Origin: Methanopyrus kandleri AV19
GTDB taxonomy: Archaea; JAADCQ01; Methanopyri; Methanopyrales; Methanopyraceae
Direction: 5' to 3'
Assembly: GCF_000007185.1 (NCBI RefSeq)
Contig: NC_003551.1
Span: 1,050,001-1,082,000, forward strand
DNA length: 32,000 bases
Shown here: one piece after another, positions 9,786 through 18,429 of the stretch
Numbering within the stretch: the first letter of the stretch is position 1
Layout: the number at the start of each line of letters is the position of its first letter
The notes under the pieces: generated by a model
Seen by the model: the letters and a program-made list of their open reading frames with translations, nothing else
Databases searched by the model: none
Told to the model about the DNA's origin: nothing
Made by a program: the position numbers and the translations under genes

Positions 9786-11828
9786 ATGGCCGAGCTCGCC
9801 GTCGGCATCGACGTGGGCGGCACTTTCACTGACCTGGTGGAGTACGACGGGCGGGAGCTCCGTGTCCGGAAGGTTCCGTCGTCACCCCGGCGGCCCGAAC
9901 GGGGCTTCGCGGAAGCTCTTAAAATCGTCGAGACAGACCCGGATGTTGTCCTTCACGCCACGACCATAGGGACCAACGCGTTTCTGGGTCAGAAGGGGCT
10001 TGAACTGCCCGAAGTTGCTCTCGTGACGACACTCGGGTTCCGCGACGCGATCGAGATCGGACGGCAGGTTCGTCCCCAGACCTACTCGCTGTCACCCCGA
10101 AAACCCGAACCGCTCGTACCTCGACGGCTCAGGTTCGAGGTTAAGGAGCGTACCTCACCCGACGGTGAGATCATAGTACCGGTCGACGAGGACAAGCTCC
10201 GTCGTATCGCCCGCCGTATCGCGGTCGAGGACGTCGATGTGGTCGTCGTCGCTTTCCTCCACGCCTACGCTAACCCGGCCAACGAGTGCAAGGCGAAGGA
10301 GGTTCTGGAGGAGGAGCTCGGTGACGTCGAGGTAGTATGTTCGCACGAGGTATGCAACGAATACCGCGAGTATGAGCGGACTTCGACGGCCCTCGTCAAC
10401 GCGGTCTTACGACAGATCGTCACGGAGTACGTCGAGAGGACCTGGGACGCCGTCCGCGACGCCGGTGCCTCGGAGTACTACCTGATGCAGTCGGACGGAT
10501 ACGCCGTGCCGGCCGAGCTCACCCTTCACACCCCGGCCAAGCTCATCGAGTCGGGTCCCGCCGCCGGAGTCGTCGCGGCCCGATACCTGGGTGAAACGCT
10601 GGGTAGGGACCGCCTGGTCTCGTTCGACATGGGTGGAACGACGGCTAAGGCCGGTACGGTCGTCGAAGGCCGTTACGAGGTGACTAAGGAGTACGAGGTG
10701 GGCGGTGAGGTACACAGGGGTCGTAGGGTGCGCGGTTCGGGATACCCCGTTCTTCATCGCTTCATCGACCTGACGGAGTGTAGCGCCGGCGGTGGTACGA
10801 TACTCTGGACCGACGAGGCCGGCGCGCTCCGGGTGGGACCGCTGAGCGCCGGAGCCGATCCGGGTCCGGTTTGCTACGGGAAGGGAGGTACGGATCCGAC
10901 GATCACCGACGCCAACGTCGTCTTGGGACGCCTCAACCGACGTGCCCTCCTCGGCGGCGAAATGCCCATCGACGCCGAGGCCGCCGATCGTGCGCTCTCG
11001 GAGCTCGCGGACGAGCTCGGACTCGAGCCGGAGGAAGCCGCGTACCAGGCCCTGCGCCTCGCCGTCGAGGAGATGGCCCGGATCGTGCGTATAGTCACGG
11101 TGGAGCGCGGCCACGATCCCCGCGAGTTCTCGCTGGTCGCTTTCGGTGGTGCGGGACCCTTACACGCGGCGGAGCTGGCCGAGATCTTGGAGGTCGAGGA
11201 GGTGATAGTTCCCCTCCATCCCGGCGTGTTCTCGGCGTACGGGCTCCTAGCGGCCGAGGTCGCCTGGGAACACGTCACCCCGGTCATGAGGACGCTCGAG
11301 GAGCTCGACGATGAGGAGCTGCGCGCGGTCGTGAGAGGTACCGCGGAGAAGGCGGCGGAGCGCCTGCCGAGGGAACCGGACGACGTCCGGATCGTCGTGG
11401 AAGCGAGGTACCGCGGGCAGGCGCATGAGCTCGAGGTTCAGACGGGGCCGGACGTGACGGCGGACGAGCTCGAGGAGGCTTTCCACGAGCGGCACCGCGC
11501 CGTTCACGGGTTCCAACTTAATGCCCCGGTGGAAATCGTCAACGTCCGCGCCCTCGCGGTGATCGAGCGGAAGCCACCCGAACCGAGCCCGCTCAAGGAG
11601 GGTGGAGAAGGGAACCCCAAGCGTGCGCTCGTCGAGACCCGGGAGGTGTACTTCAGGGAGGAGGGTTACCTGGAAACTCCCGTGTTCGATAGGGACGCCT
11701 TGAGGGCCGACGACATCGTCGAGGGACCGGCGGTCATCGAGCAGTACGACTCGACCACCCTCGTACCGCCCGGCTGGAGGGCACGCGTTCACAGGTCGGG
11801 TGCTATCCTGCTCCACCGGATCGAGTGA
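9786..11828 (+). CDS. Hydantoinase/oxoprolinase A family protein (HyuA-like)
   Basis: 'AVGIDVGGTFTDLVEYDGRELRVRKVPSSPRRP', 'VLHATTIGTNAFLGQKG', 'ESGPAAGVVAARYLG', 'VSFDMGGTTAKAG'. Confidence 0.93.
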   Translation: MAELAVGIDVGGTFTDLVEYDGRELRVRKVPSSPRRPERGFAEALKIVETDPDVVLHATTIGTNAFLGQKGLELPEVALVTTLGFRDAIEIGRQVRPQTYSLSPRKPEPLVPRRLRFEVKERTSPDGEIIVPVDEDKLRRIARRIAVEDVDVVVVAFLHAYANPANECKAKEVLEEELGDVEVVCSHEVCNEYREYERTSTALVNAVLRQIVTEYVERTWDAVRDAGASEYYLMQSDGYAVPAELTLHTPAKLIESGPAAGVVAARYLGETLGRDRLVSFDMGGTTAKAGTVVEGRYEVTKEYEVGGEVHRGRRVRGSGYPVLHRFIDLTECSAGGGTILWTDEAGALRVGPLSAGADPGPVCYGKGGTDPTITDANVVLGRLNRRALLGGEMPIDAEAADRALSELADELGLEPEEAAYQALRLAVEEMARIVRIVTVERGHDPREFSLVAFGGAGPLHAAELAEILEVEEVIVPLHPGVFSAYGLLAAEVAWEHVTPVMRTLEELDDEELRAVVRGTAEKAAERLPREPDDVRIVVEARYRGQAHELEVQTGPDVTADELEEAFHERHRAVHGFQLNAPVEIVNVRALAVIERKPPEPSPLKEGGEGNPKRALVETREVYFREEGYLETPVFDRDALRADDIVEGPAVIEQYDSTTLVPPGWRARVHRSGAILLHRIE

Positions 11829-11979
11829 GGCGGGAACACTCCGGACGTGTCCTCGTGCCTGCTCGTTCCCGAGGACACAACCATCGGATGTGGCGGAGCC
11901 TTGGTGGGTCCGTTCCCGCATTGCTGACGGGAACCGCCTCGGTGATAATCCCCGTCGGACTGGGAATCTTGGGGACCGT

Positions 11980-12237
11980 GTGTTGGCGGGGAAGGCGGAG
12001 ATCCTAGGTGAGGTGGTGCTGTGCGTGATCTACGGCTACAGGGTGGCCGGTGCGGTATCGGAGATCAGCGGGTCTCTATCCTCGCGCTGGTATGGACACG
12101 CGCGGTCCACGGAGGACTTGGCGGTGAGGACCGTGGAGGAACTCGGGAGGTCGCTCGGCTGGGATCCGGAGGAGGTGCGACGATGGCAGGCGATCGTGCG
12201 GACCATCGGTGACCTCGCGAGGAGGGGCCTTCTCTGA
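11980..12237 (+). CDS. Small uncharacterised ORF (GTG start), weak resemblance to a C-terminal GlpD/GlpA-like segment
   Basis: 'AEILGEVVLCVIYGYRVAGAVSEISGSLSSRWYGHARSTEDLAVRTVEELGRSLGWDPEEVRRWQAIVRTIGDLARRGLL' is the in-frame C-terminal part of track ORF 11800..12237. Confidence 0.35.
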   Translation: MLAGKAEILGEVVLCVIYGYRVAGAVSEISGSLSSRWYGHARSTEDLAVRTVEELGRSLGWDPEEVRRWQAIVRTIGDLARRGLL

Positions 12238-12278
12238 GCCCCCGGGATATTGTTACAGTTTCCGTAACGATTCTGGGT

Positions 12279-12375
12279 TGGAGCCGCGGCCGGGATTTGA
12301 ACCCGGGTAACGGGATATCCGCCGGGACCGTGCCCGGCTGCAGTCCCGCGCCCAGCCAGGCTAGGCTGCCGCGGC
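12279..12375 (-). tRNA. tRNA-Cys (GCA), encoded CCA, with a 21-nt anticodon-loop intron and C at position 8
   Basis: Minus strand: GCCGCGG C A GCCTAGCCTGGCTGGGC G CGGGA CTGCAG [CCGGGCACGGTCCCGGCGGAT] A TCCCG TTAC CCGGG TTCAAAT CCCGG CCGCGGC T CCA. Acceptor, D, anticodon and T stems all pair. The spliced anticodon arm GGACTGCAGATCC is typical of archaeal tRNA-Cys. Confidence 0.92.
12317..12337 (-). other. tRNA-Cys intron at canonical 37/38 position
   Basis: Removing the 21 nt restores a 7-nt loop CTGCAGA closed by CGGGA/TCCCG. The intron itself can form the hairpin CCGGG-cacggt-CCCGG. Confidence 0.82.
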
Positions 12376-12426
12376 GATCGCCCGGGCCGTGAGGCCTGCT
12401 CCCCTACCAGTTTTTAAGCCTTACCC

Positions 12427-13875
12427 TCAGGACGGCGGCTCGACGCCGGGGGTCCTGTACAGGTACACCTCGGCCCACTGACCCACGCGAACGCCCCCGC
12501 GTACGATCTCGAAGGCGCGGACCCTGACTTCGTCGGGCTCGAAGCCGGCGGCCTCGATGGCGAGCTCGACCAATTCTTCGCGACTGTACACGCGGCCCCG
12601 ATCGACTTCGAACCTCTCTCCGGCGGGAGCGACGTGTCCGTACCCGCGCTCGGTGTGTACGTAGACTACGGCTTCACGGGCGTGACGGGCGACGGCGCAG
12701 CCGACGGCGTTGCAGACGTCGTGATGGGGAACCACCTCACCGACGCCGGTTAGCTCGCGGAGGGCGGGCGCGAGGGCACCGGCCCAGAGGACGCTGTCGT
12801 GCGTCTCGAACCTCCGAAGCAGCTCCCGACGAATGGTTTCGAGGGTTTCCTCGGCCACCTCATGGGGATCGCCGAGCTCGCGGAGGACGCGACGAGACTT
12901 GGATGGATCGCCGTCGGGCTCCGGATCGTGGTATCCGGCGACTACCAGGGCGTCGGTCAGGGTGGGCTCGGAACCGCCGTAGCAGGCCGGTGTGGCGGTG
13001 TCGTTGGTGATTCCCTCACCGGTGAGGACGGCGTTGCCGCCGTACGGGAGGGAGCGGACGATGGCGGCTCGAACGGCGGTCGGATACCCGAAAAGCTCGG
13101 CCCCCTCCTCGGTGACCGGGCGCCCGCCGCGGGCCTCTGTGAGATCGATGGTAGCGCCCCCTACGTCGGCGAGGAGGAAGTCATCGCGGCCGGTGAGGTA
13201 AGCCGCACCTAGGACGCCGGCGGCGGGTCCGGAGTGAAGGACGTTGACAGGGACGCGGAGGGCCTCCTCAGGAGTCTGGAGTCCTCCGTCGCCCCGAAGC
13301 ACGCCGTCGACGCGACCGAGGGCCTCGAGGAAGCGACGGGTGACCCGTTTGACGCGGGCGCCGAGTACAGCAGTGGCGACACGGCGTGGGAAGTTGCCGT
13401 AAGGTAGGTGGTAGCCGGGGACCGCCTCGACGTAGGTCTCTCGGTGGGCTTCGATGATCTTCCGCTCCGGATCCGCGTTACGATGGGAGTGCTTCGCGAC
13501 GACGGCCAAGGCGTGATCCTCTCCGGAAGGCTCCACCGCGTCGGGGTCCGGTTCCTCGACGATGTCACCTCGATGGTCGACGTAACCGGGGAGAACGTCG
13601 GCGCGGTCGGCTAGGTCGAGGAGGGGCTCGGGGTCCAAGCCGGGACCAGGGATAAGGACGAGGTGGACGGGGTCGGTGCGACCGCGTGTAAGGGCGTTGA
13701 TCGGGAGGGTGGTGCTGACACGTCGCTCGTCGGCGTCGAGCGCGCGGAGGGCGCGACGGGTGGGTTCGAGGAGCTTACCGTCGCGCGGTACCTTGACGCG
13801 ATCCTCGACCTCTCCGTCCTCGAGGACGACGGCGTCGACGTGGGTGCTGCCGGTGTCGAGACCGAGGACGCGCAT
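12427..13875 (-). CDS. Hydantoinase/oxoprolinase A-like (ASKHA fold) protein, divergent paralog
   Basis: 'MRVLGLDTGSTHVDAVVLEDGEVEDRVKVP', 'RRVSTTLPINAL', 'NVLHSGPAAGVLGAAYLTG', 'FLLADVGGATIDL'. Track ORF starts at 13950; MRVLGLDTGS at 13875 is the more likely start. Confidence 0.82.
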   Translation of the reverse strand: MRVLGLDTGSTHVDAVVLEDGEVEDRVKVPRDGKLLEPTRRALRALDADERRVSTTLPINALTRGRTDPVHLVLIPGPGLDPEPLLDLADRADVLPGYVDHRGDIVEEPDPDAVEPSGEDHALAVVAKHSHRNADPERKIIEAHRETYVEAVPGYHLPYGNFPRRVATAVLGARVKRVTRRFLEALGRVDGVLRGDGGLQTPEEALRVPVNVLHSGPAAGVLGAAYLTGRDDFLLADVGGATIDLTEARGGRPVTEEGAELFGYPTAVRAAIVRSLPYGGNAVLTGEGITNDTATPACYGGSEPTLTDALVVAGYHDPEPDGDPSKSRRVLRELGDPHEVAEETLETIRRELLRRFETHDSVLWAGALAPALRELTGVGEVVPHHDVCNAVGCAVARHAREAVVYVHTERGYGHVAPAGERFEVDRGRVYSREELVELAIEAAGFEPDEVRVRAFEIVRGGVRVGQWAEVYLYRTPGVEPPS

Positions 13876-13942
13876 GTTCGGTCCCCCGGTGACGTCGGGA
13901 GTCTCGGTGCGGGGCTGAGCGGGGTGCGTCGGGGGCCGAGGA

Positions 13943-14527
13943 CTAATCATCGACGATCCGGAGCTGGAACTCCTCCCTGACCGTGCCGTAAGGACCCTCG
14001 TAGCGGACTACCAGTCGGTACTTGCCCGATTCCTCCGGTGTGTAGAATTCGAACTCCACCCAATCGCCGACCCAAACCTCAGGCTCGCTCAGGTCGATAC
14101 GACCGAGCTCGGAGTTTCCGGCACCGTTCAGACGAAACTCTAGGGTACCCTCCCACAGAGGGCCGCCGCCGCGAAGAGTGAGTAAATAAGGCCGGACGAA
14201 CACTATCGCCGAGGAGCCGGCCGGGGCCGATACCGGGGCGAAGATCTCGAGCGTCAGCGCTACTCCGCGGACCCGGGAGATGACGACGGTCGGAACGTAC
14301 TTAAGACCCAATCGAGCCATCGACCTCTCCCACTCCAGCCGCGCGTCCTCCTCGGGATCGATGGGGGTCAATCCCCGGCCCCCTTCGACCCGTCCGGGCG
14401 ACGGCGCTGGCCCTTGGGCCCCGCCCTGTTTCTCCACGAAAAAGCCTTGCGGACGGTTAGGGTAACCACCGTCCGCTGTCTTCGGCGTACGGGGGCCGTA
14501 CGATGGATCGCACGGCGGTTCGCTCAC
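13943..14527 (-). CDS. Uncharacterised protein, probable beta-sandwich (possible internal start at 14320)
   Basis: Regular beta-like C-terminus 'YVPTVVISRVRGVALTLEIFAPVSAPAG...GKYRLVVRYEGPYGTVREEFQLRIVDD'. The low-complexity, Pro/Gly-rich N-terminus makes MARLGLKYVP at 14320 an alternative start. Confidence 0.6.
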   Translation of the reverse strand: MSEPPCDPSYGPRTPKTADGGYPNRPQGFFVEKQGGAQGPAPSPGRVEGGRGLTPIDPEEDARLEWERSMARLGLKYVPTVVISRVRGVALTLEIFAPVSAPAGSSAIVFVRPYLLTLRGGGPLWEGTLEFRLNGAGNSELGRIDLSEPEVWVGDWVEFEFYTPEESGKYRLVVRYEGPYGTVREEFQLRIVDD

Positions 14528-14770
14528 AGTAACGGTCGTGCCCGCACGACGTCGCGAGGGTTCGAGGAACCCGCTCGACCGACGGTGGACTCCAATCCGT
14601 GGTTACAAACCGTGTCGTTTCGGACTGTTTGTTTGATTCAGTGACGCGACACCGATGCAACGATGCCGCCGGAGTACTGAACACTCGTCCGCGTAGCTTC
14701 CGAGGCCATGGTAGGCACGGCGGGCGAGGTACGTGCGAGAGAATTCAGTACGTGCCGTGGATGTGGCCCA

Positions 14771-15700
14771 TCACAACCCCTCGACGAGGACGGCGAGTTG
14801 GCCTAAAAGCAGCGATCTGATCGCCTTCGGTACGAGAGCTTCCGTCATCCGCGCGGACTTCCTCATGGCGTCTTCTACGGTATCGCGGTCTACACTCCAG
14901 CCGTCCGAAGCCAGCCGTGTCCCGACTTCGAGTATCGAGATCCAGAAGGCCGCCGCGAGCTCCGATGGTCCGTTGCGCAGCGCGCTGCGTACCCGAAGCT
15001 GCTTCCAGTACCGCTTCACGGAGTCCATCCACCACTCCAGTGTTTCCCCCTGGGGTGCCTCCAGTCTAATGGCTCCTAACCCCTCTACGGCTCTCTCACC
15101 GAGCACCTCCGCTACGGCGGTGAGCACCGGATCGACCACGTACCTCCGACCGTCCACGATCAAGTCCAGATCGGAGAAGTCCGCGACGTCCTCCGGACGT
15201 ACCTCGGCGGCGCTCACGACTCGGAAATCGGTCGGGTGAAGTCCTGTGTCGATTCTCGGGATTGGGAGGGTCAGTCCCGTCACGTCTAGGTTGAGCGCCT
15301 CGGGTGCGTGCCTCTCGAACTCCTCGGGCGGACCGTGACGCGCGTCCCACGTGGCTATGAACATCAGCCCACGGTTCAAAGCGTCCCCGGCTCGGTCCAA
15401 GATGCGACGGGCGGCGTCCGGACCCGCGTCGTGGACGTCGTGGATCGATATCCCGGACTCCGGGTCGCCCACGCCCCGGTAGACCAGCAGGTCGTCGGAG
15501 AAAAACACGTGGGCACCCACGTTAACGTCACAGAGCAACTCAGTGGTAGCCACCATCAGGCAGCGACTGGAGCGGATGATTTCGCAGTTCTTCCCGCGGC
15601 AGCTCTCACAAGGTAGGTGCTCGACGAAGACCGGCGCGAAACCTCGGGCTGCGGCTAAAACCGCCACCATCGCGGCGTAGCTGAACTCCATATGCGGCAT
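14771..15700 (-). CDS. Uncharacterised protein with N-terminal Cys cluster (start MPHMEFSY at 15700 or MEFSY at 15691)
   Basis: Long ORF (track 14771..15988) whose first ~96 codons look non-coding and whose downstream part is protein-like; 'HLPCESCRGKNCEIIRSSRCLM'. Confidence 0.7.
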   Translation of the reverse strand: MPHMEFSYAAMVAVLAAARGFAPVFVEHLPCESCRGKNCEIIRSSRCLMVATTELLCDVNVGAHVFFSDDLLVYRGVGDPESGISIHDVHDAGPDAARRILDRAGDALNRGLMFIATWDARHGPPEEFERHAPEALNLDVTGLTLPIPRIDTGLHPTDFRVVSAAEVRPEDVADFSDLDLIVDGRRYVVDPVLTAVAEVLGERAVEGLGAIRLEAPQGETLEWWMDSVKRYWKQLRVRSALRNGPSELAAAFWISILEVGTRLASDGWSVDRDTVEDAMRKSARMTEALVPKAIRSLLLGQLAVLVEGL

Positions 15701-16238
15701 CCTCCCCTGACCGCACGGTGCGAGCCGGGGCTTCGACTGACCGTGGCTTGGGTAGATTTGTCCGAGCGTTCGGTAGCACGGTCCCCGTGCGTCGTGTTCC
15801 GCTCGACCGGGTCGGGATAGGGGGACCGTCTCCCTGGTTCCGAACCCTCGACGGCACCGAACGAGCCCGACGGACACTGCTAGGACGCGGGATGGGAAGT
15901 GTACCGGGGCGTCGGAGGTCGAAGCGGGAGTTGGTTCGTGGTCCCCGGCCGTAATCGGGTACGCGCGCCACTCGCCGCGCCTCGGCAATAAGGGACGTCG
16001 TCACCCGTCGGTAAGCCGGCCTGTCGTCATCGGAGCGTGCTTCCGTGGAAGTTACGGGACGACTCCGGAAGTTCGGCGACGCGCGCGGACGCGGTAATCG
16101 TCATCATTCCACGATTACGTCGGCACCCGATGACTTTTCGATGCGGGCGCGGCGCACGGGAGCCGGGCCGATTCACACGAAAGGTTTAGGCGGCGTGAGC
16201 CGTCCGGGCGGCCGTACCGTCGGTGAGACGGCCGTACA

Positions 16239-17360
16239 TCAGCCAATCATCCGCCGGAGTGTCTCAACCGATGACTCTACTTCCACCCCTCCACCGACCG
16301 GGAGTTCCACACCACCCAACGCCGAGGCCCGCTCGATGACCTCGTCCGCGTGTTCCACTCCGATGAGGTTCTGAATCCTCTTGATCCTCGAGTACAAGCT
16401 CTCCTGGGCGCCCTTCTCTTCCCACAGGGGGTCGTACTCCTTCGGCTCTATCTCGATCCATCCTACCCTCACCGTCGCTCCCGAGTTCAGGATGTTCTCC
16501 GCGAGCTCCGTCGGCTGTGACAGAAGCTGTATCAGCTCCGCGGCCCTCTCCACGGTGTCCACGAGTATGTCCGATATCCATCTTTCCACCCGCTCGTCCT
16601 CGATTTCCAGAGCTGCGATGGCCTCCTCCAGGTATCCGTTGAGGAGCTCCAGTTCCTCCACGGGACCGAGCTCGACGTTCTCCAGAGGCTCGGCCAGCTC
16701 TTCGAGTGGGGGAAGCCTGTTCGCGCACGTATGACAGAGGAGTGTGAAGATCGTCCAAACCCGGGCCGGTGATGCGAACTTCGGGACGATGTCTCCGTAT
16801 TGAATCTCCAGCGACGGGAGCGCCTCGACGATGCACTGGTCCGTGTCTACCGCCTTGGCCACGAGCTCGGCGGCCTTCCCGAGGTCCTCGTCCTCTAAGA
16901 ACCCTTCCGTACACGCCATGAGCGCGACTTCTACCAGCAACGGACCCGCTACGGTCTCTAGGCAGGGTTCTTCGAGGTACTTGGGTACCGCCGATAGGAA
17001 GGCACGACGTATCTCCAGTAGGTACCCGAGTGCGACGTCTGGTGTTTCGGTAACTTCTTCGAGGGCCACGCGAAGCTCGAACACACCGCTCAACGACCAT
17101 CGGGTGATTCGCTCCACGGCATCGACCAGTGTAGCAGGATCATCCAAAACCTCTTCCAAAAGGAACCGAACCGGATGAACGTGATGGATCTCCTCCCCTC
17201 GAAGTGCGCGGACGAGCGGTTTATCCGGGTCAAGCGTCGAAATCATCGCGCGCCGAAAGAGTTCGAAGTTCTCGAGCACCTCACAAGGTTCCGATACCGC
17301 GGCGTGTAACTTCTCCAGCACCGACGGTTTCGGACGGACCGGGACCTCCCACCACTTCAA
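16239..17360 (-). CDS. Uncharacterised protein, paralog A of a two-member family in this window
   Basis: 'SVLEKLHAAVSEPCEVLENFELFRRAMISTL', 'HPVRFLLEEVLDDPATLVDAVERITRWSLSGV', 'PKFASPARVWTIFTLLCHTCANRLPPLEEL' align collinearly with 18430..19566. Confidence 0.85.
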   Translation of the reverse strand: MKWWEVPVRPKPSVLEKLHAAVSEPCEVLENFELFRRAMISTLDPDKPLVRALRGEEIHHVHPVRFLLEEVLDDPATLVDAVERITRWSLSGVFELRVALEEVTETPDVALGYLLEIRRAFLSAVPKYLEEPCLETVAGPLLVEVALMACTEGFLEDEDLGKAAELVAKAVDTDQCIVEALPSLEIQYGDIVPKFASPARVWTIFTLLCHTCANRLPPLEELAEPLENVELGPVEELELLNGYLEEAIAALEIEDERVERWISDILVDTVERAAELIQLLSQPTELAENILNSGATVRVGWIEIEPKEYDPLWEEKGAQESLYSRIKRIQNLIGVEHADEVIERASALGGVELPVGGGVEVESSVETLRRMIG

Positions 17361-17564
17361 CCGACACTCCCCGGTACTCCGGTCGACGTATTACAATGTT
17401 AAGTTTGCAGGAATGTTCAGTCAGGTGGTCGCAGTCTTAAGAGAGATATAGAGATATTATGTGTGGGGGCGCTGAGAGAGTGCGAACACTCGGCCGGCGA
17501 AGTCAGCTTCAGGGGGCGCCTCCTCATCCCTTCGGCGTCGGGGACGTTCTTCATCCGTGGAGAG

Positions 17565-17978
17565 TCACCTTAGACCGAGCAACCTCCCGAGTAGATTCAG
17601 TAGATTGGTCCCTTCCGGTAACCCAAGCTCTCGGGCGAGCTCCCAGAGAGCGGGTGAGACCTGAGCTCTCCTTCGGACTTCTCCCCACAAGCGCTCCACG
17701 GACCGGTGAAACGAGCTGGGGTCTCGGCGTAACCTCCGGGATAGCCCGTCGAAAATCCTTCGGGCCTCCCCTTGCAGTGCCGCCCACATGGTCTCGTAGG
17801 CGAGTTTGGGATCTCCGGGGATTTCGGCTATCCCATAGCGGTATCGGATAGACGGGCGGCCAGCCAAAGATACCCTGCTCCTACCCGAAACCCCGTTCTT
17901 CCGAGCTCTTCCACAGCTTCCGCGCCCCCTGAAGCAGCACCCGGGCTGCGGCCACGTCTCGCGGGTCAGGTCTTCCAC
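17565..17978 (-). CDS. Small uncharacterised protein (true start uncertain; in-frame ATG at 17789)
   Basis: Charged helical C-terminus 'MWAALQGEARRIFDGLSRRLRRDPSSFHRSVERLWGEVRRRAQVSPALWELARELGLPEGTNLLNLLGRLLGLR'. The N-terminal part is compositionally doubtful and overlaps the neighbouring gene. Confidence 0.5.
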   Translation of the reverse strand: MEDLTRETWPQPGCCFRGRGSCGRARKNGVSGRSRVSLAGRPSIRYRYGIAEIPGDPKLAYETMWAALQGEARRIFDGLSRRLRRDPSSFHRSVERLWGEVRRRAQVSPALWELARELGLPEGTNLLNLLGRLLGLR

Positions 17979-18261
17979 ACAGTCGCCGTCTGAAATCGTG
18001 GATTATCCTCCAGGCACCGTACACGGTCAGGGGGATGGTGACCGCGAAGAACACCAGACAAGCCGTGCTCCGAGCCTGTAGGGCTTCACTAAGACGTTCC
18101 CAGTGACCGGAAAAGAGCGCCCACGTGGCGGCCCCGACCGCGGTCAAGTTCACGACGGCTACCACCGTACCGGGACCCGCTCGCGGTCCCCATAGCAGCC
18201 GGAGCAGCGACCATAAGGCAAAAACCGCCAATAATCCCCCTAGGGCGATATGGAGGTACAC
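17881..18261 (-). CDS. Small membrane protein, about 3 TM segments
   Basis: 'MYLHIALGGLLAVFALWSLLRLLWG', 'GTVVAVVNLTAVGAATWALF', 'ARSTACLVFFAVTIPLTVYGAWRII'. Confidence 0.65.
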   Translation of the reverse strand: MYLHIALGGLLAVFALWSLLRLLWGPRAGPGTVVAVVNLTAVGAATWALFSGHWERLSEALQARSTACLVFFAVTIPLTVYGAWRIIHDFRRRLCGRPDPRDVAAARVLLQGARKLWKSSEERGFG

Positions 18262-18429
18262 CGGGTGGCCCCCACTACATCCAACGCTGTCGCGCCTATA
18301 TCGACGCTACGTCGCGCGGTGTAGGGGGGACACAGCCGGACTCCCACCCCCGTGGCGCGATACCGGTCACGACCTTCCCGTGGTGATCCGGACTCCCCGT
18401 TCGCCGTCATCTAGGTCGAGCGTGTGGAT

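Noticed and set aside
10407-11114. 235-aa minus-strand ORF inside the HyuA-like gene
   Set aside because: Fully antisense to a gene with strong conserved motifs; His/Gly/Arg-rich shadow translation.
12279-12375. Reading the tRNA as a long-variable-arm (Leu/Ser-type) tRNA
   Set aside because: That fold gives a 16-nt anticodon loop. Assuming a 21-nt intron at 37/38 gives a standard 7-nt loop, a 4-nt variable loop and the tRNA-Cys sequence GGACTGCAGATCC.
15606-16004. 132-aa minus-strand ORF and the N-terminal ~96 codons of track ORF 14771..15988
   Set aside because: Region upstream of the plausible start at 15700 looks non-coding in all frames (Arg/Pro/Ser-rich); kept only the downstream portion as CDS.
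16085-16115. GTAATCG...CGATTAC inverted repeat with ATGATGA on the minus strand (possible C/D box sRNA)
   Set aside because: No CUGA D/D' boxes at suitable spacing; only 7 bp of pairing; not enough for an ncRNA call.
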